A program made the translations under genes and the position numbers. Source: an uncultured Candidatus Bathyarchaeia archaeon (GTDB lineage: Archaea; Thermoproteota; Bathyarchaeia; Bathyarchaeales; DTEX01). From it: 64,000 nucleotides of DNA. Where the stretch lies: assembly GCA_964465575.1 (NCBI GenBank), contig CAYXIF010000001.1:15140-79139 (forward strand), read 5' to 3'. Shown one piece after another: positions 56,693 through 64,000 of the stretch; position 1 is the first letter of the stretch, and every line of letters starts with the position of its first letter. The notes below the pieces were generated by a model. The model was not told the DNA's origin, ran no database searches, and saw only the letters and a program-made list of their open reading frames with translations.

Positions 56693-57797
56693 ACCTCCAA
56701 CGAACCAGACAGAGGAGAGGAAGAGCAACCACATACGCGTGAGTCTAGAGAAAGATGTAAAAGCCCGTCGAATCACAACAGGCTTCGAGGATGTCTTCCT
56801 AGTACACAGGGCTCTGCCTGAGATCAACCGAGACGAGATAGACCTTTCGACCACAGTTTTCGGCCACAGGTTCTCAGCTCCGGCGATCGTGGAGGCCATA
56901 ACGGGCGGAACAGAGAAAGCTCTCAAGATCAACGCCACGATCGCACGGGCAGTCGAAGAATTGGGCATCGGAATGGGCGTAGGAAGCCAACGAGCAGCAC
57001 TAGAGAAGCCTGAACTGGAAAGAACCTATACGATTGCGAGGAAGAGGGCTCCGAACGCCTTCCTCATTGCAAATATTGGCGGGTCCCAGATTGTGAGAGA
57101 ACACGACCTCAAGGCAGTGAGGAAGGCTGTTGATATGATCGACGCCGACGCCTTGGCAATCCATTTGAACCCTCTTCAGGAAGCCGTGCAGCCGGAAGGA
57201 GAAACGACCTATGCCAAAATCTTGGAGAAGATAGAGGAGATTGCATGCAGCATCAATACGCCAGTAATTGTCAAAGAAACGGGTGCAGGCATAGCAGCCG
57301 AAGAGGCCAAAAAGATCGAAGAAGCCAATGTATCAGGCATAGACATTGCCGGAGCGGGCGGAACCAGCTGGGCAGCTGTCGAATATTACAGGGCGAAGGA
57401 GCGAGGAGACCCGTTCGGGCAGGAGCTTGGTAGAGACCTTTGGGACTGGGGCATACCAACCGTAGTCAGCCTCGTCGAGGTTGTGCAGTCGGTCAGAGTG
57501 CCAGTCATCGCATCGGGTGGTATACGTACCGGTAGCGACATAGCAAAGGCACTAGCTTTAGGCGCTAGCATGGCTGGGTTTGCCTTTCCAATCCTCGGTC
57601 CGGCACTGAAAAGCTGCGATGAAGTGAAGAGAAAGATCAGTCTCATGCTTCATCAGTTGAAAACCGTTATGTTTCTGGTCGGCGCCGGTTCATTGGAAAA
57701 GTTGAAGACCACACCCGTCGTGGTAACGGGAAGACCGGCCGAGTGGTTACGGTCTAGGGATTTTGAAGTGTCATCTTACGCGAAGCGGGGAGGTTGA
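56670..57797 (+). CDS. fni: Isopentenyl-diphosphate delta-isomerase, type 2 (FMN-dependent)
   Basis: 375 aa containing RKSNHIRV, MGVGSQR, VIVKETGAGI and ASGGIRTG. Confidence 0.9.
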   Translation: MGPRSRYEPPTNQTEERKSNHIRVSLEKDVKARRITTGFEDVFLVHRALPEINRDEIDLSTTVFGHRFSAPAIVEAITGGTEKALKINATIARAVEELGIGMGVGSQRAALEKPELERTYTIARKRAPNAFLIANIGGSQIVREHDLKAVRKAVDMIDADALAIHLNPLQEAVQPEGETTYAKILEKIEEIACSINTPVIVKETGAGIAAEEAKKIEEANVSGIDIAGAGGTSWAAVEYYRAKERGDPFGQELGRDLWDWGIPTVVSLVEVVQSVRVPVIASGGIRTGSDIAKALALGASMAGFAFPILGPALKSCDEVKRKISLMLHQLKTVMFLVGAGSLEKLKTTPVVVTGRPAEWLRSRDFEVSSYAKRGG

Positions 57798-57800
57798 GGG

Positions 57801-58889
57801 ATGAACACTGGCTTGGATGTCGAAGTGGAGCGTATTTTGAGAGAAAAGGCTCGCCTAATCGACGCTCACATCGAGAAGTACGTCCCAAAGAAGTTCACGA
57901 AGAACTCATTGGTGTTCAAGGTCAGCCCTCCAAAGCATATGCCGGACTACGAAGCACTGAACAAAGCTGTGGCGGAACCTTTCTGGGAATTCCTGGGCAG
58001 AGGGGGAAAGCGGTGGAGGCCAGCGCTTTTTCTCTTGATATGTGAGGCGTTGGGCGGTAATCCGGACGATTTCTTGGATTTCGCGGCTATACCCGAGGTC
58101 ATACATAACGGGACGCTTGTGGCCGATGATGTTGAGGATTCGTCGGAATTCCGCAGGGGAAAACTGTGCACGTATAGGCTCTTTGGTCTCGATGTAGCGG
58201 TGAACTTGTCAGACATGATGTACTTTGCACCAATGATAGCTCTGGCTGAGAGAAAGGCCGAAATCCCTCCTGAGAAGGCAAGGAGAGTATATGAGATATA
58301 TGTTCAGGAAATGGTTAATGTCAGCTTGGGACAAGCCATTGACATCGCTTGGCATAGAGGCTTGACCCCCGCTCACGAAGTCACAGAAGCGCAGTATCTC
58401 CAAATGTGTGCATACAAGACTGGAACCTTGGCAAGAATGGCAGCTAGGATGGCATCTGTACTCGTTGGTGCTGACGACGATGTGGTTGAGAAGATTGGGA
58501 GATTCGCAGAATCTGTTGGAGTCGCATTCCAGATCCAAGATGACGTACTAGACCTTGTTGGCGAGGAATTTGCCAAGGGGAAAGGCGGAGCGGGAATGGA
58601 CATTACGGAAGGCAAGCTCAGCCTCATGGTCATCCACACCCTTCAAAAGGCTGACCCTTCAGAGAAAGAAGAGTTGAGATGTATCCTTTCGAAGCACACA
58701 CGGGACGAAGTTCTGAGAGAAAAGGCGATCAGCATCATCAAGAAGCATGGGTCAATAGAATACGCTAGGAACTTCACCGCCGAAATAGTGAAGGAGAGCT
58801 GGAGCGAAGTGAACAGAATCCTCCCGCCGTCTAATGCTAAGAAAGCTCTCAGAAATCTTGCTGAGTACCTCATCAAGAGACAAGTCTAG
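57801..58889 (+). CDS. idsA: Polyprenyl (geranylgeranyl) diphosphate synthase
   Basis: 362 aa with the first aspartate-rich motif LVADDVEDSSEFRRG and the second FQIQDDVLD. Confidence 0.88.
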   Translation: MNTGLDVEVERILREKARLIDAHIEKYVPKKFTKNSLVFKVSPPKHMPDYEALNKAVAEPFWEFLGRGGKRWRPALFLLICEALGGNPDDFLDFAAIPEVIHNGTLVADDVEDSSEFRRGKLCTYRLFGLDVAVNLSDMMYFAPMIALAERKAEIPPEKARRVYEIYVQEMVNVSLGQAIDIAWHRGLTPAHEVTEAQYLQMCAYKTGTLARMAARMASVLVGADDDVVEKIGRFAESVGVAFQIQDDVLDLVGEEFAKGKGGAGMDITEGKLSLMVIHTLQKADPSEKEELRCILSKHTRDEVLREKAISIIKKHGSIEYARNFTAEIVKESWSEVNRILPPSNAKKALRNLAEYLIKRQV

Positions 58890-58928
58890 CAAGCCTTTGC
58901 TGGATGGACCTTTACATGGAGGCTTCGG

Positions 58929-60680
58929 TTGAACCCTACTGACGCGGATCTGGAACTCAAGGAGCTTATCCAGAAGATAGCACTGGCGAACGCCATAGCC
59001 CACGAAGGGAGAGCTCAACAGAAGCCCGTCCTCGGGAAACTGCTGAACGAGAAACCCGAGCTTAAGAACAGGGTACTGGAAGTGGCTCTGCTAGTCAACG
59101 ATGTTGTAGGGGAGTTGAACACCGTTCCCCTAGACCAGCAGATCGAAACCGCAAAGAGAAAATGGCCTGAGCTTCTGGCGAAAGAGAAGAGGGTCGAAGA
59201 AAGGAAACTGCTTCCGCCGCTACCGAATGTTGAGTGGTACAGTCGAGTTGTGACACGTTATGCTCCTAACCCAGATTGTGTTCTCCATTTGGGATCAGCA
59301 CGGGCCATCATTCTCTGCCATGAATACGCGAGGGTGTACAATGGCCACTTCATCCTGCGGTTTGAGGACACGGACCCGAGGCTCAAGAAATCGTCGCTCG
59401 CGTTCTTCGACTTGATAAGGAAGGATATCGAATGGCTTGGGTGCAAATGGGATGAAGAGTGCATTCAAAGCGACAGAATTGAGATCTACTACAGATACGC
59501 TGAGCAACTGCTTCGCAAGGGCCATGCTTATGTTTGCACCTGCAAGCGAGAGGATTTCCGGGAGAGAGTGTCACGCAAGGAACCATGTTCGTGTAGAAGC
59601 CTAAGACCAGAACTTCAGCTAAACCGTTGGGAAGCCATGCTCAGTGGCGAGTTTGGCGAAGGCGAAGCCGTCGTGAGAGTCAGGACACATCTGGACCATC
59701 CTAACCCGGCTATCCGAGATTGGCCTGCATTCAGGATCATAGACACAAAGAAGCATCCACATCCACGGGTTGGCGACAGGTATCGCGTTTGGCCCTTGTT
59801 TGCGTTCGCTAATGGGGTTGATGACCACCTCAACGGTGTTACCCACATCATCAGAGGCAAGGAACACTTGACGAACCAAGCTAGGCAGGAGTACCTTTAC
59901 CGGTACCTTGGCTGGGAGTATCCCGAAGCTATTCATTATGGCAGACTTAAGATCGTTGGTGCCTCGTTGAGCAAGTCAAAGATTCTACGCGGCGTCCAAG
60001 ACGGAACATACAAAGGCTGGGACGACCCCAGGCTGGCAACCTTCCTTGCGTTGAAACGGAGGGGTATCAGACCTGCATCCATACGACAGCTCATAGTTGA
60101 CATAGGCCCCAGCCCAGTTGACATAACTGTTAGCTGGGAGAACCTATACGCTCATAACCGTAAGATGATTGACCGAATAGCAGACAGATACTTCTTCGTG
60201 CAAGACCCAAAGACGCTAGTTATCAAAGATATGCGGAGAGAGTTCACAGCCCATGTTCCGCTTCATCCTGACTATCTAGAACGGGGAACTCGGACGCTCT
60301 CCGTGAAACCTGAGAAGGGCGAAGCGCGCCTACTTATATCAAGCAGAGACCTAGCCTTGTTCAAGAAGGGCATCGTGCGGCTAATGGGCCTCTTCAATGT
60401 CAGAGCTGAGACTGTAACCGAAGAAGAAGTCGTCGCAGTGTACCATAGCGAACCCTACAGGGAAGCGAGGAGGTTGGGTGCTCCCCTTATTCATTGGTTG
60501 CCGAGCGCGGGAGGGGTTCGGTGCGAGACTGTTATGCCTGACGGTTCGGTTGGGCATGGGTTGGCTGAAAGTAACGTCCTCCGCGTCGCTGCTGGTCAAG
60601 TTGTCCAGTTTGAGCGTTTTGGTTTCGTCCGGATCGACCAAGTCGGACAGGAAGTGGTTGCGTTCTACGCCCACAAGTAA
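58929..60680 (+). CDS. gltX: Glutamyl-tRNA synthetase (archaeal type)
   Basis: 583 aa with a TTG start. It contains FAPNPDCVLHLGSAR (HIGH-like), ILRFEDTDP and LSKSK (KMSKS-like). Confidence 0.92.
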   Translation: MNPTDADLELKELIQKIALANAIAHEGRAQQKPVLGKLLNEKPELKNRVLEVALLVNDVVGELNTVPLDQQIETAKRKWPELLAKEKRVEERKLLPPLPNVEWYSRVVTRYAPNPDCVLHLGSARAIILCHEYARVYNGHFILRFEDTDPRLKKSSLAFFDLIRKDIEWLGCKWDEECIQSDRIEIYYRYAEQLLRKGHAYVCTCKREDFRERVSRKEPCSCRSLRPELQLNRWEAMLSGEFGEGEAVVRVRTHLDHPNPAIRDWPAFRIIDTKKHPHPRVGDRYRVWPLFAFANGVDDHLNGVTHIIRGKEHLTNQARQEYLYRYLGWEYPEAIHYGRLKIVGASLSKSKILRGVQDGTYKGWDDPRLATFLALKRRGIRPASIRQLIVDIGPSPVDITVSWENLYAHNRKMIDRIADRYFFVQDPKTLVIKDMRREFTAHVPLHPDYLERGTRTLSVKPEKGEARLLISSRDLALFKKGIVRLMGLFNVRAETVTEEEVVAVYHSEPYREARRLGAPLIHWLPSAGGVRCETVMPDGSVGHGLAESNVLRVAAGQVVQFERFGFVRIDQVGQEVVAFYAHK

Positions 60681-60783
60681 GCAACGTGCCCGGGACGATC
60701 TCTTGTGCCAGTATGCCGGGTCCATCTGGCAAGGTTTATATGTAAGATGGAACCCCGTAACATGGTCAAGGGAGCATCTCGTA

Positions 60784-61005
60784 TTGAAGGCCGAAGTCGA
60801 GAAAGTCATCAAAGAGATTCAACCTCACCTGAGAGCGGATGGCGGAGACATAGAACTCGTTGATGTAGACAATGAAGGGATCGTCAAAGTCAGGCTGAAG
60901 GGTGCCTGCTTCGGGTGCCCCATGGCACAGATGACCCTAAAAATGGGGGTCGAACGATACCTGAAACAGAAGGTTCCACAAGTGAGAAGCGTAGAAACAG
61001 TGTAG
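60784..61005 (+). CDS. NifU/Nfu C-terminal-domain-like Fe-S scaffold protein
   Basis: Only the last 73 aa of track ORF 60478..61005 are homologous: (M)KAEVEKVIKEIQPHLRADGGDIELVDVDNEGIVKVRLKGACFGCPMAQMTL. I propose the TTG start at 60784. The upstream part overlaps gltX out of frame. Confidence 0.68.
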   Translation: MKAEVEKVIKEIQPHLRADGGDIELVDVDNEGIVKVRLKGACFGCPMAQMTLKMGVERYLKQKVPQVRSVETV

Positions 61006-61348
61006 ACTTCACCTCGTTGTCACAACCCTCTTCCTTTTGTGGCTCGCAGAATCTTGGAAGCCTTGCGTTGGCATTCTTCAGACCTTTAGGGTTCTTCTCT
61101 GAATCCCCTCATCATTGGTCCTTCCTTTTTCGAGATCAGATAGGTGGTCGCCAATTGGACCAGCGTGAAGAGCACAAAACAACAAGCACGGAGAGCGGTG
61201 GGGAACTCGACTTGTGTGTTGGAATCCAGCTGAGATGCTGAGAATGCGCGGCCAGTTTCGCCGGCCTCAGAAGTGCCTCGACATATGCGTGTATAGCTCA
61301 TCAACGCTTCTGAACGCTCTGGGAGTTGCGATTCGAGTTTACCGCAAT

Positions 61349-61357
61349 CTATATAGA
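61349..61357 (+). promoter_or_regulatory. TATA box (ctatataga) upstream of rpl7ae-rps28e
   Basis: About 70 nt upstream of ATG 61427, which implies a ~45-nt leader containing the K-loop-like element. Confidence 0.4.
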
Positions 61358-61390
61358 GGGGAGTTTTTCTTAGTTAGGGGTTAATGCAAA

Positions 61391-61409
61391 CTGAGACACA
61401 TGTTGATGA
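61391..61409 (+). promoter_or_regulatory. K-turn/K-loop-like element (CUGA-N9-UGAUGA) in the rpl7ae 5-prime leader
   Basis: CTGA is at 61391-61394 and TGATGA at 61404-61409, in D-prime/C-prime order. The SD GGTGATC at 61417-61423 and ATG 61427 follow. Confidence 0.4.
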
Positions 61410-61426
61410 AGTTTCGGTGATCGGGA

Positions 61427-61810
61427 ATGTCGAAACCGTTCTACGTCAAGTTTGACGTTCCGGACGAGGTCGCTAACGCTACTTACGAGGCTTTACAGAT
61501 AGCGGCAAGGTCCGGTGCAGTTCGCAAGGGCACGAACGAGACCACTAAAGCAGTTGAAAGGGGGCAGGCGAAGCTAGTTGTCATAGCAGAGGATGTTGAC
61601 CCGCCAGAGGTTGTGGCGCACCTCCCGATCCTATGCGAGGAAAGGAAGATCGCTTATGTCTTCGTCCCGAGCAAGGTTCAGCTCGGCACATCCGTAGGGA
61701 TAGATGTCCAGTCCGCTGCAGTGTGCATAATAGAAACTGGAGACGCCACAGACCTCGTCAAGGAGATCATCACCCGGGTTCTGAGGCTTAAGGAAGGACC
61801 TAGCGGATGA
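61427..61810 (+). CDS. rpl7ae: 50S ribosomal protein L7Ae (K-turn-binding protein)
   Basis: 127 aa containing [40 protein letters not shown]. Confidence 0.94.
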   Translation: MSKPFYVKFDVPDEVANATYEALQIAARSGAVRKGTNETTKAVERGQAKLVVIAEDVDPPEVVAHLPILCEERKIAYVFVPSKVQLGTSVGIDVQSAAVCIIETGDATDLVKEIITRVLRLKEGPSG

Positions 61811-62028
61811 GCCAGAAGGAACACGCCGAGGAAACCCTGACGCCTGCGCAGGTCATCCAGATAGTTGGCAGAACTGGAGCCACTGGCGAGATCAGACAGG
61901 TTAGAGTTCGGATACTCGACGGTCCAGACAAGGGACGCATAATAACCAGAAATGTTAAGGGACCTGTCCGGCTGGAAGACATCCTTATGTTGAGAGAGAC
62001 TGAAAGGGAAGCAAGAAAAATACGCTGA
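61807..62028 (+). CDS. rps28e: 30S ribosomal protein S28e
   Basis: 73 aa containing [19 protein letters not shown]...[13 protein letters not shown]. Its start overlaps the rpl7ae stop in an ATGA overlap. Confidence 0.93.
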   Translation: MSQKEHAEETLTPAQVIQIVGRTGATGEIRQVRVRILDGPDKGRIITRNVKGPVRLEDILMLRETEREARKIR

Positions 62029-62099
62029 CAACCCAAGAGCCGAAGCCATCGTGAACCCGCCTCACGCAACTATGACTAGGCGTTCAAGAGGAACCAGAA

Positions 62100-62297
62100 A
62101 TGCCCAGACTTCAAATATGCTCATTCTGTGGACGCGATTTTTCCTCAGGCACAGGGATCATGTACGTCAACCTTGACGGCTCAACTAGGTGGTTCTGTTC
62201 GAGCAAATGCAGAAAGAACGCGCTGAAGCTGAGACGTGACCCACGCAAGCTCAAATGGACCGCCCACTACCGAAAGGAAGAGAAAGCAAAAGTGTGA
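62100..62297 (+). CDS. rpl24e: 50S ribosomal protein L24e
   Basis: 65 aa containing CSFCGRDFSSGTG...RWFCSSKCRKN, the zinc-ribbon L24e pattern. Confidence 0.93.
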   Translation: MPRLQICSFCGRDFSSGTGIMYVNLDGSTRWFCSSKCRKNALKLRRDPRKLKWTAHYRKEEKAKV

Positions 62298-62342
62298 GAA
62301 ACGTGCTACTCCCTTACTTTCGGATGCTTTCCTAAACAATGC

Positions 62343-62354
62343 ATTTTCTATTCT
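62343..62354 (+). terminator. Oligo-T tract (attttctattct) downstream of rpl24e
   Basis: T-rich runs lie 45-57 nt after the rpl24e stop. This is an archaeal oligo-T terminator candidate. Confidence 0.35.
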
Positions 62355-62360
62355 GTGCCT

Positions 62361-62589
62361 CTTAAGCGGGTTACGAGTTTATCGTGGGCGCTTTTGTGTT
62401 CCACGTAACTAACACTCAGCATCACAGCCGAGCGGGTTCGCTCTTCTCAGCCAAGCTCTCTCTAACGCGGATTTCTTAGCGCCCACGCCCGCCTTGTCCC
62501 GCATCTGGGTAAACCCTCCTTCATGAACGGCTTGTCAAACCGTTTTGGTCGAGTCCGTCTAGGCGGGCCCCGAGAGGGTTCAGGCGGGA
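62361..62589. ncRNA. Candidate structured non-coding RNA; identity and strand unresolved
   Basis: No ORF of 60 aa or more in any frame between two convergent genes. Long-range perfect helices: 62383-62391 cgtgggcgc with 62479-62487 gcgcccacg; 62497-62502 with 62584-62589; 62512-62518 with 62574-62580; 62487-62493 with 62562-62568. Local hairpins are at 62430-62443 and 62526-62544. Confidence 0.3.
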
Positions 62590-62658
62590 TTCCAGAAGCT
62601 CATATCATCGCTGATCTATGGAAGGGTGGGTTTTCTGATAAACCTTTCTTAATCAGGT

Positions 62659-64000
62659 TCAAGGGTGCGCAGTTTCAATACTCCTTCCCGCACCTTGCTT
62701 AAGGTCGGCTAGGTTAACTTCAAACGCCGCTGTCGGGTTTTCAAGTCCCCAGTTTTGGATGACTTGGGGATGAAGCTCTCCGATGATACCGGCTCTGCAA
62801 TTCCTGACAAGTACATTGCCTGCTCTTCCTTCAATGAAGCTTCCATGGCTACAGGGCTCTAGCTGAAAGCTGATCCCAAGGTTAGCCAACAGGGCATCCA
62901 TGATTGATTTCGCCTCTGTAAAGCTAGCTTGCGAATGGATTGTCACCGCAGCAAGCTTCTCAGGCTCCTTGGTCTTAGTTTCTTGCTCCTCGTCGTGCAA
63001 GGCACAGTAGCCTATCTCAAAGATCCTTTGCGGGTACTGTAGGTGTGTGTTATTGCTGAGGAATTCCAAGAGGCTCGGCAGCAACCAGTTCCTCAAGCAC
63101 GTCATCGATGCGAGTTTCGGATTGGCCACTTCAACGACCTTTTCTGGCTTGCTCTCCATTTTCGTGAACAAGTTCTCTGGATCGGTCATACTGAACGATA
63201 GGATTTCTTGGTAGCCCAAGCCAATCATAATCTCTCTGATCACGTTGCGGAATTCAGTCTCGGAAGCCAAGCCCCCAATCGTTAGAAGCTGAGGCCATCT
63301 CGGCTGAATCATATTATAGTCATAAGCGATGGCTATGTCCTCAACGATGTCGATGGGATGCAGGATGTCAACGCGGTAGCAGGGCACTTTCACAACCATT
63401 TGGGTCTTTGTGATTTTGACTACTCCGTACCGAGAACGTTCAAGCAGACTTCTGATTTCTCGTATAGTAAGCTTTATGCCAAGGACCTTCTTGACGTAGT
63501 CGACGTTTATCTGAAACACGTCCGTACTTAGCAGGGGGGTCTCAACCTCCCCCATACCCCTGTAGGGATAGTGAATTCTGGTTGAGTGGATTCTTCCCTC
63601 ACGGTCGGCTAGCGAAAGAGTCACATTCGTCAGCGTATCCAACACGGTTTCATGGGTTGTTCCGGTCACCTCTACGAGCACGTTTCGCGTCTGTTCGGTA
63701 ACTCTTCCAAGGTCAATAGAGTTGATGATGGGTGGGAAAGATAGAACCTTGTCCTCAGAATCTATAAATATCGGCCATACGGGGTGGTGACGAACGATGT
63801 GCCCGTACTCAATGCCTTTTGGATGTTTCTCCAGAATCTCCTCAAGTGTCAGCTTCTCAACTAACTCAAGGGGGACAAAACTGATCTCTTGGGGTTTTGC
63901 AACTCCATAGCGGAGTGGTGGTGTGATCAAGTCGAAGTCGTATACCCCAATGGACGTTCTCCGGCGGTTTCGCCCGTAGGTCTGATCCATCTTGTCCTGG
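62659..64000 (-). CDS. pheT: Phenylalanyl-tRNA synthetase beta subunit (archaeal type); N-terminus beyond the window end
   Basis: The frame is open to position 64000 (..QDKMDQTYGRNRRRTSIGVYDFD..). The B3/B4-like, B5-like and C-terminal catalytic-like domain pattern fits an archaeal PheT of about 550 aa. Confidence 0.88.
   Translation of the reverse strand, partial: QDKMDQTYGRNRRRTSIGVYDFDLITPPLRYGVAKPQEISFVPLELVEKLTLEEILEKHPKGIEYGHIVRHHPVWPIFIDSEDKVLSFPPIINSIDLGRVTEQTRNVLVEVTGTTHETVLDTLTNVTLSLADREGRIHSTRIHYPYRGMGEVETPLLSTDVFQINVDYVKKVLGIKLTIREIRSLLERSRYGVVKITKTQMVVKVPCYRVDILHPIDIVEDIAIAYDYNMIQPRWPQLLTIGGLASETEFRNVIREIMIGLGYQEILSFSMTDPENLFTKMESKPEKVVEVANPKLASMTCLRNWLLPSLLEFLSNNTHLQYPQRIFEIGYCALHDEEQETKTKEPEKLAAVTIHSQASFTEAKSIMDALLANLGISFQLEPCSHGSFIEGRAGNVLVRNCRAGIIGELHPQVIQNWGLENPTAAFEVNLADLKQGAGRSIETAHP

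Noticed and set aside
60478-60783. N-terminal 102 codons of track ORF 60478..61005
   Set aside because: They overlap the 3-prime end of gltX in a different frame and have no Nfu-like sequence. The Nfu domain begins right after the TTG at 60784.
61086-61304. 72-aa minus-strand ORF, and a box C (AUGAUGA)...box D (CUGA) pair on the minus strand near 61095-61135
   Set aside because: The C-to-D spacing (27 nt) is too short for a two-guide archaeal C/D sRNA, and the flanks cannot form a terminal stem. The ORF has no SD or homology. The 61006-61348 interval remains unexplained but shows no specific signal.
62297-62660. Specific identification of the rpl24e-pheT intergenic element as SRP (7S) RNA or RNase P RNA
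   Set aside because: I could not find the diagnostic motifs on either strand: SRP helix-8 GGAAGGGAGCA with a GNRA loop and AGCA, or RNase P CR-I GAGGAAAGUCC. The P4-like pairing on the minus strand is suggestive only, so the element is reported as an unidentified candidate ncRNA.
1-64000. CRISPR arrays, transposases/integrases, prophage or defence-island signatures, and compositional islands
   Set aside because: Apart from the two short intragenic duplications listed, I saw no regularly spaced direct repeats, no IS-like terminal inverted repeats, no recombinase-like ORFs and no obvious shift in base composition. The window looks like core chromosome.

Overview
Archaeal chromosomal window of about 50% GC, densely coded on both strands and mostly housekeeping. 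The archaeal assignment rests on e-type ribosomal proteins (L7Ae, S28e, L24e, L18e, P0/P1), Spt5, RpoD/RpoN, archaeal-type SAM synthetase, DTD2, an IPK-type mevalonate pathway and H4MPT C1 enzymes. That gene mix suggests an uncultured Bathyarchaeia/TACK-like lineage, but the lineage cannot be fixed from sequence alone.

Gene content from left to right:
- 0-5.5 kb: Gfo/Idh/MocA oxidoreductase fragment, then a [NiFe]-hydrogenase maturation cluster (hypD, hypC, hypF, endopeptidase).
- 5.7-12.6 kb: LLM/F420-type oxidoreductase, a large membrane-anchored SppA-like fusion protein, archaeal SAM synthetase divergent from an HTH-CBS regulator, and GDPD.
- 12.7-17.6 kb: lrp divergent from glnA, followed by two stand-alone RAM-domain genes, a homocitrate/isopropylmalate-synthase-like gene and a MetE-like gene.
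- 17.7-24.5 kb: Zn-ribbon protein, GH5-like hydrolase, a permease, a PPP phosphatase, an FrhB-like F420 protein and a small membrane protein.
- 24.5-35.7 kb: mch-fwdC-fwdA, an orphan rps7, then argF-leuS-alaS.
- 36-39.8 kb: inverted P1 gene, then secE-spt5-rpl11-rpl1-rpl10.
- 39.9-48 kb: dtdA, a hypothetical protein, a second RAM-domain pair, a Zn-ADH, a small islet of uncharacterised genes (coiled-coil protein with an internal duplication, an 84-aa protein, a membrane protein), and DUF47-PiT.
- 48.1-64 kb: rps13-rps4-rps11-rpoD-rpl18e-rpl13-rps9-rpoN-eno-rps2, MEMO-like, mvk-ipk-fni-GGPP synthase, gltX, Nfu-like, rpl7ae-rps28e-rpl24e, and a partial pheT.

I saw no CRISPR array, tRNA/rRNA, transposase, integrase or obvious defence island, and I cannot point to a clear novel multi-gene system. 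The observations most worth follow-up are:
- an ORF-free, highly self-complementary ~0.25 kb element between the convergent rpl24e and pheT genes, a candidate structured ncRNA;
- an HTH-CBS regulator and SAM synthetase sharing a divergent promoter that carries a repeated motif;
- four stand-alone RAM mini-proteins in two tandem pairs, one pair inside an lrp-glnA cluster;
- a K-loop-like CUGA...UGAUGA element in the rpl7ae leader;
- a tail-less P0 with a displaced P1 gene;
- a MetE-like gene whose conserved N-terminus has no canonical start codon;
- an acidic Trp-repeat micro-ORF on a polypurine tract that splits hypC from hypD.
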